Below are positions 44,101-58,600 of a DNA stretch of 64,000 nucleotides, one piece after another. Position 1 is the first letter of the stretch, and each line of letters starts with the position of its first letter. The notes under the pieces are model-generated. The model searched no databases, had not been told where the DNA came from, and saw only the letters and a program-made list of their open reading frames with translations. Made by a program: the position numbers and the translations under genes. The stretch comes from Eledone cirrhosa (lineage: Eukaryota): the NCBI GenBank assembly GCA_964016885.1, contig OZ024740.1, positions 28,396,001 through 28,460,000 of the forward strand, written 5' to 3'.

Positions 44101-47100
44101 GAGTATATATTATTTTCCTGAGTATTTGATTTTCCTGACTATTTGTGATTTTCCTGACTATATGTGATTTTCCTGAGTATATGTGATCTTCCTGAGTATA
44201 TGTGATTTTCCTGAGTATATGCGATTTTCCTGAGTATATGTGATTTTCCTGACTATATGTGATCTTTCTGAGTATATGTGATTTTCCTGAGTATATGTGA
44301 TTTTGCTGACTATTTGTGATTTTCCTGAGTATATGTGATTTTCCTGACTATATGTGATTTTCCTGAGTATATGTGATCTTCCTGAGTATAAGTGATTTTC
44401 CTGAGTATAGGCGATTTTCCTGAGTATATGTGATTTTGCTGACTATATGTGATCTTCCTCAGTATATGTGATTTCCCGCAATATATGTGATTTTCCTGAG
44501 TATATGTGATTTCCCTGACTATATGTGATTTTCATGATTATATGTGATCTTCCTGAGTATATGTGATTTTCCCGAGTATATGTGATTTCCCTGAGTATAT
44601 GTGATTTTCCTGAGTATATGTGATTTTCATGACTATATGTGATTTTCCTGAATATATGTGATTTTCATGACTATGTGATTTTCCTGACAATATGTGATTT
44701 TCCTGAGTATATGTGATTTTCCTGAGTATATGTGATTTTCCTGAGTATATGTGATTTTCTTGAGTATATGTGATTTTCCTGAGTATATGTGATTTCCCTG
44801 AGTATATGTGATTTTCCTGACTATTTGTGATTTTCCTGACTATGTGATTTTCTTGACTATATGTGATTTTCCGGAGTATATGTAATTTTGCTGACTATAT
44901 GTGATTTTCCTGAGTATATAAAATTTCCCTGAGTATATGTGATTTTCCTGAGTATATGTGATTTTCCAGACTATATGTGCTTTTCCTGAGTATATGTGAT
45001 TTTCCCGAGTATATGTGATTTTCATGAGTATATGTGATTTTCCTGAGTATATGTGATCTTCCTGAGTAAATGTGATTTTCCTGAGTATATGTGATTTTCC
45101 TGAGTATATGTGATCTTCCTGAGTATATGTGATTTTCCTGACTATATGTGATTTTCCTGAGTATATGTGATTTTCATGACTATATGTGATTTTCCTGAGT
45201 ATATGTGATTTTCCTGACTATATGTGATTTTCCTGACAATATGTGATTTTCCTGAGTATGTGTGATTTCCCTGAGTATATGTCATTTTCATGAGTATACG
45301 TGATTTTCCTGAGTATATGTAATTTCTTTGAGTATATGTGATTTCCCTGACTATATGTGATGTTCCTGAGTATATGTGATCTTCCTGAGTATATGTGATT
45401 TTCCTGAGTATAGGCGATTTTCCTGAGTATATGTGATTTTTCTGACTATACGTGATCTTCCTGAGTATATGTGATTTCCCTGAGTATATGTGATTTTCCT
45501 GAGTATATATGATTTTCCTGAGTATATGTGATTTTCCTGAGTATATGTGATTTCCCTGAATATATGTGATTTTCCAGAGTATATGTGATTTTTCTGTGTA
45601 TATATAATTTTCCTGAGTATATGTGACTTTCCTGAGTATATGTGATTTCCCTGAGTATATGTGATTTTCCTCAGTATATGTGATTTTCCTGACAATATTT
45701 GATTTTCCTGAGTATATGTGATTTTCCTGAGTATATGTGATTTTCCTGAGTATATGTGATTTTCTTGAGTATATGTGATTTTCATGAGTATATGTGATTT
45801 CCCTGAGTATATGTGATTTTCCTGACTATTTGTGATTTTCCTGACTATGTGATTTTCTTGACTATATGTGATTTTCCTGAGTATATGTGATTTTCCTGAC
45901 TATATGTGATTTTCCTGAGTATATAAAATTTCCCTGAGTATATGTGATTTTCCTGAGTATATGTGATTTTCCTGACTATATGTGATTTTCCTGAGTATAT
46001 GTGATTTCCCTGACTATATGTGATTTTCCTGAGTATATGTAATTTCCCTGAGTATATGTGATTTTCCTGAGTATATGTGATCTCCTGACTATATGTGATT
46101 TTCCTGAGTATATGTGATTTCCCTGACTATATGTGATTTCCCTGAGTATATGTGATTTTCCTGAGTATATGTGATTTTCCGGAGTATATGTGATTTCCCT
46201 GACTATATATGATTTTCATGATTATATGTGATCTTCCTGAGTATATGTGATTTTCCTGAGTATATGTGATTTCCCTGAGTATATGTGATTTTCCTGAGTA
46301 TATGTGATTTTCATACTATATGTGATTTTCCTGAGTATATGTGATTTTCATGACTATGTGATTTTCCTGACAATATGTGATTTTCATGAGTATATGTGAT
46401 TTTCCTGAGTATATGTGATTTTCTTGAGTATATGTGATTTTCCTGCGTATATGTGATTTCCCTGAGTATATATGATTTTCCTGACTATTTGTGATTTTCC
46501 TGACTATGTGATTTTCTTGACTATATGTGATTTTCCTGAGTATATGTGATTTTGCTGACTATATGTGATTTTCCTGAGTATATAAAATTTCCCTGAGTAT
46601 ATGTGATTTTCCTGAGTATATGTGATTTTCCTGACTATATGTGCTTTTCCTGAGTATATGTGATTTCCCTGACTATATGTGATTTCCCGGAGTATATGTG
46701 ATCTTCCTGAGTATATGTAATTTTCCTGAGTATATGTGATTTTCCTGAGTATATGTGATCTTCCTGAGTATATGTGATTTTCCTGATTATATGTGATTTC
46801 CCTGAGTATAAGTGATTTTCCTGAGTATATGTGATTTTCATGAGTATATGTGATATTCCTGAGTATATGTGATTTTCCTGACTATATGTGATTTTCCTGA
46901 GTATATGTGATCTTCCTGAGTATATGTGATTTTCCTGAGTATATGCGATTTTCCTGAGTATATCTGATTTTCCTGAGAATATGTGATTTATTTGAGTATA
47001 TGTGATTTCCCTGACTATATGTGATTTTCCTGAGTATATGTGATTTCCCTGAGTATATGTGACATTCCTGAGTATATGTTATTTTCCTGAGTATTTGATT

Positions 47101-47440
47101 TTCCTGACTATTTGTGATTTTCCTGACTATATGTGATTTTCATGAGTATATGTGATCTTCCTGAGTATATGTGATTTTCCTGAGTATATGCGATTTTCCT
47201 GAGTATATGTGATTTTTCTGAGTATATGTGATTTTGCTGACTATATGTGATCTTCCTCAGTATATGTGATTTCCCGCAATATACGTGATTTTCCTGAGTA
47301 TTTGATTTTCCTGACTATTTGTGATTTTCCTGACTATATGTGATTTTCATGAGTATATGTGATTTCCCTGAGTATATGTGATTTTGCTGACTATTTGTGA
47401 TTTTCCTGAGTATATGTGATTTTCCTGACTATATGTGATT
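35170..47440. repeat. Long-range copy of about 5930-20810 (offset 29,187, later 26,630), with one fewer 2,766-bp unit
   Basis: ORF pairs 7308/36495 and 10358/39545 (offset 29187); 18210/44840, 18721/45351 and 20005/46635 (offset 26630). The rare variant GACTCTAT is at about 6193 and 35437. Confidence 0.85.
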
Positions 47441-50400
47441 TTCCTGAGTATATGTAATTTTCCTGAGTATATGTGATTTACCTGACTAGAAGTGATTTTT
47501 CTGAGTATATGTGATTTTCCTGACTATATGTGATTTTCCTGAATATATGTGATTTTCTTGACAATATGTGATTTTCCTGAGTATATGTGATTTCCCTGAG
47601 TATATGTGATTTTCCTGGCTATATGTGATTTTCCTGAGTATATGTGATTTGCCTGAGTATATATGATTTAACTGAGTATATGTGATTTTCCTGAGTATAT
47701 GTGATTTCTTTGAGTATATGTGATTTCCCTGACTATATGTGATGTTCCTGAGTATATGTGATCTTCCTGAGTATATGTGATTTTCCTGAGTATAGGCGAT
47801 TTTCCTGAGTATATGTGAGTTTTCTGACTATATGTGATCTTCCTGAGTATATGTGATTTCCCTGAGTATATGTGATTTTCCTGAGTATATATGATTTTCC
47901 TGAGTATATGTGATTTTCCTGAGTATATGTGATTTCCCTGAATATATGTGATTTTCCAGAGTATATGTGATTTTTCTGTGTATATATGATTTTCCTGAGT
48001 ATATGTGATTTTCATGAGTATATGTGATTTCCCTGAGTATATGTGATTGTCCTCAGTATATGTGATTTTCCTGACAATATGTGATTTTCCTGAGTATATG
48101 TGATTTTCCTGAGTATATGTGATTTTCCTGAGTATATGTGATTTTCTTGAGTATATGTGATTTTTCTGAGTATATGTGATTTCCCTGAGTATATGTGATT
48201 TTCCTGACTATTTGTGATTTTCCTGACTATGTGATTTTCTTGACTATATGTGATTTTTCTGAGTATATGTGATTTTCCTGACTATATGTGATTTTCCTGA
48301 GTATATGAAATTTCCCTGAGTATATGTGATTTTCCTGAGTATATGTGATTTTTCTGACTATATGTGATTTTCCTGAGTATATGTGATTTCCCTGACTATA
48401 TGTGATTTCCCTGACGATATGTGATTTTCCTAACTATATGTGACTTTCCTGACTATATGAGATTTTCCTGAGTATATGTGATTTTCCTGACTATATGTAA
48501 TTTTCCTGAGTATATGTGATTTACCTGACTAGAAGTGATTTTTCTGAGTATATGTGATTTTCCTGACTATATGTGATTTTCCTGAATATATGTGATTTTC
48601 TTGACAATATGTGATTTTCCTGAGTATATGTGATTTCCCTGAGTATATGTGATTTTCCTGGCTATATGTGATTTTCCTGAGTATATGTGATTTGCCTGAG
48701 TATATATGATTTAACTGAGTATATGTGATTTTCCTGAGTATATGTGATTTCTTTGAGTATATGTGATTTCCCTGACTATATGTGATGTTCCTGAGTATAT
48801 GTGATCTTCCTGAGTATATGTGATTTTCCTGAGTATAGGCGATTTTCCTGAGTATAAGTGATTTTTCTGACTATATGTGATCTTCCTGAGTATATGTGAT
48901 TTCCCTGAGTATATGTGATTTTCCTGAGTATATATGATTTTCCTGAGTATATGTGATTTTGCTGACTATATGTGATCTTCCTCAGTATATGTGATTTCCC
49001 GCAATATATGTGATTTTCCTGAGTGTATGTGATTTTCCTGAGTATATGTGATCTCCCTGAATATATGTGATTTTCCTGAGTATATGTGATTTTCCTGTGT
49101 ATATATGATTTTCCTGAGTATATGTGATTTTCCTGAGTATATATTATTTTCCTGAGTATTTGATTTTCCTGACTATTTGTGATTTTCCTGACTATATGTG
49201 ATTTTCCTGAGTATATGTGATCTTCCTGAGTATATGTGATTTTCCTGAGTATATGCGATTTTCCTGAGTATATGTGATTTTCCTGACTATATGTGATCTT
49301 TCTGAGTATATGTGATTTTCCTGAGTATATGTGATTTTGCTGACTATTTGTGATTTTCCTGAGTATATGTGATTTTCCTGACTATATGTGATTTTCCTGA
49401 GTATATGTGATCTTCCTGAGTATAAGTGATTTTCCTGAGTATAGGCGATTTTCCTGAGTATATGTGATTTTGCTGACTATATGTGATCTTCCTCAGTATA
49501 TGTGATTTCCCGCAATATATGTGATTTTCCTGAGTATATGTGATTTCCCTGACTATATGTGATTCTCATGATTATATGTGATCTTCCTGAGTATATGTGA
49601 TTTTCCCGAGTATATGTGATTTCCCTGAGTATATGTGATTTTCCTGAGTATATGTGATTTTCATGACTATATGTGATTTTCCTGAATATATGTGATTTTC
49701 ATGACTATGTGATTTTCCTGACAATATGTGATTTTCCTGAGTATATGTGATTTTCCTGAGTATATGTGATTTTCCTGAGTATATGTGATTTTCTTGAGTA
49801 TATGTGATTTTCCTGAGTATATGTGATTTCCCTGAGTATATGTGATTTTCCTGACTATTTGTGATTTTCCTGACTATGTGATTTTCTTGACTATATGTGA
49901 TTTTCCGGAGTATATGTAATTTTGCTGACTATATGTGATTTTCCTGAGTATATAAAATTTCCCTGAGTATATGTGATTTTCCTGAGTATATGTGATTTTC
50001 CTGACTATATGTGCTTTTCCTGAGTATATGTGATTTTCCCGAGTATATGTGATTTTCATGAGTATATGTGATTTTCCTGAGTATATGTGATCTTCCTGAG
50101 TAAATGTGATTTTCCTGAGTATATGTGATTTTCCTGAGTATATGTGATCTTCCTGAGTATATGTGATTTTCCTGACTATATGTGATTTTCCTGAGTATAT
50201 GTGATTTTCATGACTATATGTGATTTTCCTGAGTATATGTGATTTTCCTGACTATATGTGATTTTCCTGACAATATGTGATTTTCCTGAGTATGTGTGAT
50301 TTCCCTGAGTATATGTCATTTTCATGAGTATACGTGATTTTCCTGAGTATATGTAATTTCTTTGAGTATATGTGATTTCCCTGACTATATGTGATGTTCC

Positions 50401-53400
50401 TGAGTATATGTGATCTTCCTGAGTATATGCGATTTTCCTGAGTATAGGCGATTTTCCTGAGTATATGTGATTTTTCTGACTATATGTGATCTTCCTGAGT
50501 ATATGTGATTTCCCTGAGTATATGTGATTTTCCTGAGTATATATGATTTTCCTGAGTATATGTGATTTTCCTGAGTATATGTGATTTCCCTGAATATATG
50601 TGATTTTCCAGAGTATATGTGATTTTTCTGTGTATATATGATTTTCCTGAGTATATGTGATTTTCATGAGTATATGTGATTTCCCTGAGTATATGTGATT
50701 GTCCTCAGTATATGTGATTTTCCTGACAATATGTGATTTTCCTGAGTATATGTGATTTTCCTGAGTATATGTGATTTTCCTGAGTATATGTGATTTTCTT
50801 GAGTATATGTGATTTTTCTGAGTATATGTGATTTCCCTGAGTATATGTGATTTTCCTGACTATTTGTGATTTTCCTGAGTATATGTGATTTTCCTGACTA
50901 TATGAGATTTTCCTGAGTATATGAAATTTCCCTGAGTATATGTGATTTTCCTGAGTATATGTGATTTTTCTGACTATATGTGATTTTCCTGAGTATATGT
51001 GATTTCCCTGACTATATGTGATTTCCCTGACGATATGTGATTTTCCTAACTATATGTGACTTTCCTGACTATATGAGATTTTCCTGAGTATATGTGATTT
51101 TCCTGACTATATGTAATTTTCCTGAGTATATGTGATTTACCTGACTAGAAGTGATTTTTCTGAGTATATGTGATTTTCCTGACTATATGTGATTTTCCTG
51201 AATATATGTGATTTTCTTGACAATATGTGATTTTCCTGAGTATATGTGATTTCCCTGAGTATATGTGATTTTCCTGGCTATATGTGATTTTCCTGAGTAT
51301 ATGTGATTTGCCTGAGTATATATGATTTAACTGAGTATATGTGATTTTCCTGAGTATATGTGATTTCTTTGAGTATATGTGATTTCCCTGACTATATGTG
51401 ATGTTCCTGAGTATATGTGATCTTCCTGAGTATATGTGATTTTCCTGAGTATAGGCGATTTTCCTGAGTATAAGTGATTTTTCTGACTATATGTGATCTT
51501 CCTGAGTATATGTGATTTCCCTGAGTATATGTCATTTTCCTGAGTATATATGATTTTCCTGAGTATATGTAATTTTCCTGAGTATATGTGATTTTCCTGA
51601 CTATATGTGATTTTCCTGAGTATATGTGATCTTCCTGAGTATATGTGATTTTCCTGAGTATAGGCGATTTTCCTGAGTATATGTGATTTTGCTGACTATA
51701 TGTGATCTTCCTCAGTATATGTGATTTCCCGCAATATATGTGATTTTCCTGAGTGTATGTGATTTTCCTGAGTATATGTGATCTCCCTGAATATATGTGA
51801 TTTTCCTGAGTATATGTGATTTCCTGTGTATATATGATTTTCCTGAGTATATGTGATTTTCCTGAGTATATATTATTTTCCTGAGTATTTGATTTTCCTG
51901 ACTATTTGTGATTTTCCTGACTATATGTGATTTTCCTGAGTATATGTGATCTTCCTGAGTATATGTGATTTTCCTGAGTATATGCGATTTTCCTGAGTAT
52001 ATGTGATTTTCCTGACTATATGTGATCTTTCTGAGTATATGTGATTTTCCTGAGTATATGTGATTTTGCTGACTATTTGTGATTTTCCTGAGTATATGTG
52101 ATTTTCCTGACTATATGTGATTTTCCTGAGTATATGTGATCTTCCTGAGTATAAGTGATTTTCCTGAGTATAGGCGATTTTCCTGAGTATATGTGATTTT
52201 GCTGACTATATGTGATCTTCCTCAGTATATGTGATTTCCCGCAATATATGTGATTTTCCTGAGTATATGTGATTTCCCTGACTATATGTGATTTTCATGA
52301 TTATATGTGATCTTCCTGAGTATATGTGATTTTCCCGAGTATATGTGATTTCCCTGAGTATATGTGATTTTCCTGAGTATATGTGATTTTCATGACTATA
52401 TGTGATTTTCCTGAATATATGTGATTTTCATGACTATGTGATTTTCCTGACAATATGTGATTTTCCGGAGTATATGTGATTTTCCTGAGTATATGTGATT
52501 TTCCTGAGTATATATGATTTTCTTGAGTATATGTGATTTTCCTGAGTATATGTGATTTCCCTGAGTATATGTGATTTTCCTGACTATTTGTGATTTTCCT
52601 GACTATGTGATTTTCTTGACTATATGTGATTTTCCGGAGTATATGTAATTTTGCTGACTATATGTGATTTTCCTGAGTATATAAAATTTCCCTGAGTATA
52701 TGTGATTTTCCTGAGTATATGTGATTTTCCAGACTATATGTGCTTTTCCTGAGTATATGTGATTTTCCCGAGTATATGTGATTTTCATGAGTATATGTGA
52801 TTTTCCTGAGTATATGTGATCTTCCTGAGTAAATGTGATTTTCCTGAGTATATGTGATTTTCCTGAGTATATGTGATCTTCCTGAGTATATGTGATTTTC
52901 CTGACTATATGTGATTTTCCTGAGTATATGTGATTTTCATGACTATATGTGATTTTCCTGAGTATATGTGATTTTCCTGACTATATGTGATTTTCCTGAC
53001 AATATGTGATTTTCCTGAGTATGTGTGATTTCCCTGAGTATATGTCATTTTCATGAGTATACGTGATTTTCCTGAGTATATGTAATTTCTTTGAGTATAT
53101 GTGATTTCCCTGACTATATGTGATGTTCCTGAGTATATGTGATCTTCCTGAGTATATGTGATTTTCCTGAGTATAGGCGATTTTCCTGAGTATATGTGAT
53201 TTTTCTGACTATACGTGATCTTCCTGAGTATATGTGATTTCCCTGAGTATATGTGATTTTCCTGAGTATATATGATTTTCCTGAGTATATGTGATTTTCC
53301 TGAGTATATGTGATTTCCCTGAATATATGTGATTTTCCAGAGTATATGTGATTTTTCTGTGTATATATAATTTTCCTGAGTATATGTGACTTTCCTGAGT

Positions 53401-55120
53401 ATATGTGATTTCCCTGAGTATATGTGATTTTCCTCAGTATATGTGATTTTCCTGACAATATTTGATTTTCCTGAGTATATGTGATTTTCCTGAGTATATG
53501 TGATTTTCCTGAGTATATGTGATTTTCTTGAGTATATGTGATTTTCATGAGTATATGTGATTTCCCTGAGTATATGTGATTTTCCTGACTATTTGTGATT
53601 TTCCTGACTATGTGATTTTCTTGACTATATGTGATTTTCCTGAGTATATGTGATTTTCCTGACTATATGTGATTTTCCTGAGTATATAAAATTTCCCTGA
53701 GTATATGTGATTTTCCTGAGTATATGTGATTTTCCTGACTATATGTGATTTTCCTGAGTATATGTGATTTCCCTGACTATATGTGATTTTCCTGAGTATA
53801 TGTAATTTCCCTGAGTATATGTGATTTTCCTGAGTATATGTGATCTCCTGACTATATGTGATTTTCCTGAGTATATGTGATTTCCCTGACTATATGTGAT
53901 TTCCCTGAGTATATGTGATTTTCCTGAGTATATGTGATTTTCCGGAGTATATGTGATTTCCCTGACTATATGTGATTTTCATGATTATATGTGATCTACC
54001 TGAGTATATGTGATTTTCCTGAGTATATGTGATTTCCCTGAGTATATGTGATTTTCCTGAGTATATGTGATTTTCATACTATATGTGATTTTCCTGAGTA
54101 TATGTGATTTTCATGACTATGTGATTTTCCTGACAATATGTGATTTTCATGAGTATATGTGATTTTCCTGAGTATATGTGATTTTCTTGAGTATATGTGA
54201 TTTTCCTGCGTATATGTGATTTCCCTGAGTATATATGATTTTCCTGACTATTTGTGATTTTCCTGACTATGTGATTTTCTTGACTATATGTGATTTTCCT
54301 GAGTATATGTGATTTTGCTGACTATATGTGATTTTCCTGAGTATATAAAATTTCCCTGAGTATATGTGATTTTCCTGAGTATATGTGATTTTCCTGACTA
54401 TATGTGCTTTTCCTGAGTATATGTGATTTCCCTGACTATATGTGATTTCCCGGAGTATATGTGATCTTCCTGAGTATATGTAATTTTCCTGAGTATATGT
54501 GATTTTCCTGAGTATATGTGATTTCCCTGAGTATAAGTGATTTTCCTGAGTATATGTGATTTTCATGAGTATATGTGATATTCCTGAGTATATGTGATTT
54601 TCCTGACTATATGTGATTTTCCTGAGTATATGTGATCTTCCTGAGTATATGTGATTTTCCTGAGTATATGCGATTTTCCTGAGTATATCTGATTTTCCTG
54701 AGAATATGTGATTTATTTGAGTATATGTGATTTCCCTGACTATATGTGATTTTCCTGAGTATATGTGATTTCCCTGAGTATATGTGACATTCCTGAGTAT
54801 ATGTTATTTTCCTGAGTATTTGATTTTCCTGACTATTTGTGATTTTCCTGACTATATGTGATTTTCATGAGTATATGTGATCTTCCTGAGTATATGTGAT
54901 TTTTCTGAGTATATGTGATTTTGCTGACTATATGTGATCTTCCTCAGTATATGTGATTTCCCGCAATATACGTGATTTTCCTGAGTATTTGATTTTCCTG
55001 ACTATTTGTGATTTTCCTGACTATATGTGATTTTCATGAGTATATGTGATTTCCCTGAGTATATGTGATTTTGCTGACTATTTGTGATTTTCCTGAGTAT
55101 ATGTGATTTTCCTGACTATA
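39330..55120. repeat. About 7.7-8.1 kb tandem duplication (junction near 47450); each copy holds about 2 units of the 2,766-bp HOR
   Basis: ORF offsets 39545/47668 (8123), 42074/49874 (7800), 44840/52603 and 45351/53114 (7763 = 410x19 - 27, matching the short monomers counted). Private variants CCAGACTATATGTGC (about 44966/52729) and ACTATACGTGATC (about 45445/53208) are shared. Confidence 0.9.
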
Positions 55121-58100
55121 TGTGATTTTCCTGAGTATATGTGATCTTCCTGAGTATATGTGATTTTCCTGAGTATAGGCGATTTTCCTGAGTATATGTG
55201 ATTTTGCTGACTATATGTGATCTTCCTCAGTATATGTGATTTCCCGCAATATATGTGATTTTCCTGAGTGTATGTGATTTTCCTGAGTATATGTGATCTC
55301 CCTGAATATATGTGATTTTCCTGAGTATATGTGATTTTCCTGTGTATATATGATTTTCCTGAGTATATGTGATGTTCCTGAGTATATGTGATCTTCCTGA
55401 GCATATGTGATTTTCCTGAGTATGGGCGATTTTCCTGAGTATATGTTATTTTTCTGAGTATATGTGATTTTCCTGAGTATATGTTATTTTCCTGAGTATA
55501 TGTGATTTTTCTGTGTATATATGATTTTCATGAGTATATGTGATTTTCATGAGTATATGTGATTTCCCTGAGCATATGTGATTTTCCTCAGTATATGTGA
55601 TTTTCCTGACAATATGTGATTTTCCTGAGTATATGTGATTTTCCTGAGTATATGTGATTTTCCTGAGTATATGTGATTTTCTTGAGTATATGTGATTTTT
55701 CTGAGTATATGTGATTTCCCTGAGTATATGTGATTTTCCTGAGTATTTGTGATTTTCCTGAGTATATGTGATTTTCTTGACTATATGTGATTTTCCTGAG
55801 TATATGAAATTTCCCTGAGTATATGTGATTTTCCTGAGTATATGTGATTTTCCTGACTATATGTGATTTTCCTGAGTATATGTGATTTCCCTGAGTATAT
55901 GTGATTTTCCTGAGTATATGTTATTATCCTGAGTATTTGATTTTCCTGACTATTTGTGATTTTCCTGACTATATGTGATTTTCCTGAGTATATGTGATCT
56001 TCCTGAGTATATGTGATTTTCCTGAGTATATGCGATTTTCCTGAGTATATGTGATTTTCCTGACTATATGTGATTTTCCTGAGTATATGTGATTTTCCTG
56101 AGTATATGTGATTTTGCTGACTATATGTGATTTTCCTGAGTATATGTGATTTCCCTGAGTATATGTGATTTTCCTGAGTATATGTGATTTTCCTGACTAT
56201 ATGTGATTTTCCTGAGTATATGTGATTTTCCTGACTATATGTGATTTTCCTGAGTATATGTGATCTTCCTGAGTATATGTGATCTTCCTGAGCATATGTG
56301 ATTTTCCTGAGTATGGGCGATTTTCCTGAGTATATGTGATTTTTCTGAGTATATGTGATTTTCCTGTGTATATGTGATTTCCCTGAATATATGTGATTTT
56401 CCTGAGTATATGTGATTTTTCTGTGTATATATGATTTTCATGAGTATATGTGATTTTCATGAGTATATGTGATTTCCCTGAGCATATGTGATTTTCCTCA
56501 GTATATGTGATTTTCCTGACAATATGTGATTTTCCTGAGTATATGTGATCTTCCTGAGTATATGTGATTTTCCTGACTATATGTGATTTTCCTGAGTATA
56601 TGTGATTTTCCTGAGTATATGTGATCTTCCTGAGTATATGTGATTTTCCTGAGTATATGCGATTTTCCTGAGTATATGTGATTTTCCTGAGAATATGTGA
56701 TTTATTTGAGTATATGTGATTTCCCTGACTATATGTGATTTTCCTGAGTATATGTGATTTCCCTGAGTATATGTGACATTCCTGAGTATATGTTATTTTC
56801 CTGAGTATTTGATTTTCCTGACTATTTGTGATTTTCCTGACTATATGTGATTTTCATGAGTATATGTGATCTTCCTGAGTATATGTGATTTTCCTGAGTA
56901 TATGCGATTTTCCTGAGTATATGTGATTTTTCTGAGTATATGTGATTTTGCTGACTATATGTGACCTTCCTCAGTATATGTGATTTCCCGCAATATACGT
57001 GATTTTCCTGAGTATTTGATTTTCCTGACTATTTGTGATTTTCCTGACTATATGTGATTTTCATGAGTATATGTGATTTCCCTGAGTATATGGGATTTTG
57101 CTGACTATTTGTGATTCTCCTGAGTATATGTGATTTTCCTGACTATATGTGATTTTCCTGAGTATATGTGATCTTCCTGAGTATATGTGATTTTCCTGAG
57201 TATAGGCGATTTTCCTGAGTATATGTGATTTTGCTGACTATATGTGATCTTCCTCAGTATATGTGATTTCCCGCAATATATGTGATTTTCCTGAGTGTAT
57301 GTGATTTTCCTGAGTATATGTGATCTCCCTGAATATATGTGATTTTCCTGAGTATATGTGATTTTCCTGTGTATATATGATTTTCCTGAGTATATGTGAT
57401 GTTCCTGAGTATATGTGATCTTCCTGAGCATATGTGATTTTCCTGAGTATGGGCGATTTTCCTGAGTATATGTTATTTTTCTGAGTATATGTGATTTTCC
57501 TGAGTATATGTTATTTTCCTGAGTATATGTGATTTTTCTGTGTATATATGATTTTCATGAGTATATGTGATTTTCATGAGTATATGTGATTTCCCTGAGC
57601 ATATGTGATTTTCCTCAGTATATGTGATTTTCCTGACAATATGTGATTTTCCTGAGTATATGTGATTTTCCTGAGTATATGTGATTTTCCTGAGTATATG
57701 TGATTTTCTTGAGTATATGTGATTTTTCTGAGTATATGTGATTTCCCTGAGTATATGTGATTTTCCTGAGTATTTGTGATTTTCCTGAGTATATGTGATT
57801 TTCTTGACTATATGTGATTTTCCTGAGTATATGAAATTTCCCTGAGTATATGTGATTTTCCTGACTATATGTGATTTTCCTGAGTATATGTGATTTCCCT
57901 GAGTATATGTGATTTTCCTGAGTATATGTTATTATCCTGAGTATTTAATTTTCCTGACTATTTGTGATTTTCCTGAATATATGTGATTTTCCTGAGTATA
58001 TGTGATCTTCCTGAGTATATGTGATTTTCCTGAGTATATGCGATTTTCCTGAGTATATGTGATTTTCCTGACTATATGTGATTTTCCTGAGTATATGTGA

Positions 58101-58600
58101 TTTTCCTGAGTATATGTGATTTTGCTGACTATATGTGATTTTCCTGAGTATATGTGATTTCCCTGAGTATATGTGATTTTCCTGAGTATATGTGATTTTC
58201 CTGACTATATGTGATTTTCCTGAGTATATGTGATTTTCCTGACTATATGTGATTTTCCTGAGTATATGTGATCTTCCTGAGTATATGTGATCTTCCTGAG
58301 CATATGTGATTTTCCTGAGTATGGGCGATTTTCCTGAGTATATGTGATTTTTCTGAGTATATGTGATTTTCCTGAGTATATGTGATTTCCCTGAATATAT
58401 GTGATTTTCCTGAGTATATGTGATTTTTCTGTGTATATATGATTTTCATGAGTATATGTGATTTTCATGAGTATATGTGATTTCCCTGAGCATATGTGAT
58501 TTTCCTCAGTATATGTGATTTTCCTGACAATATGTGATTTTCCTGAGTATATGTGATCTTCCTGAGTATATGTGATTTTCCTGACTATATGTGATTTTCC
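54600..58600. repeat. Second occurrence of the 2,027/2,008-bp higher-order repeat pair
   Basis: ORFs 55078/57105 (offset 2027) and 56197/58205 (offset 2008, one monomer fewer). Same marker monomers as 20250-24270, at offset about 34,355. Confidence 0.85.
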
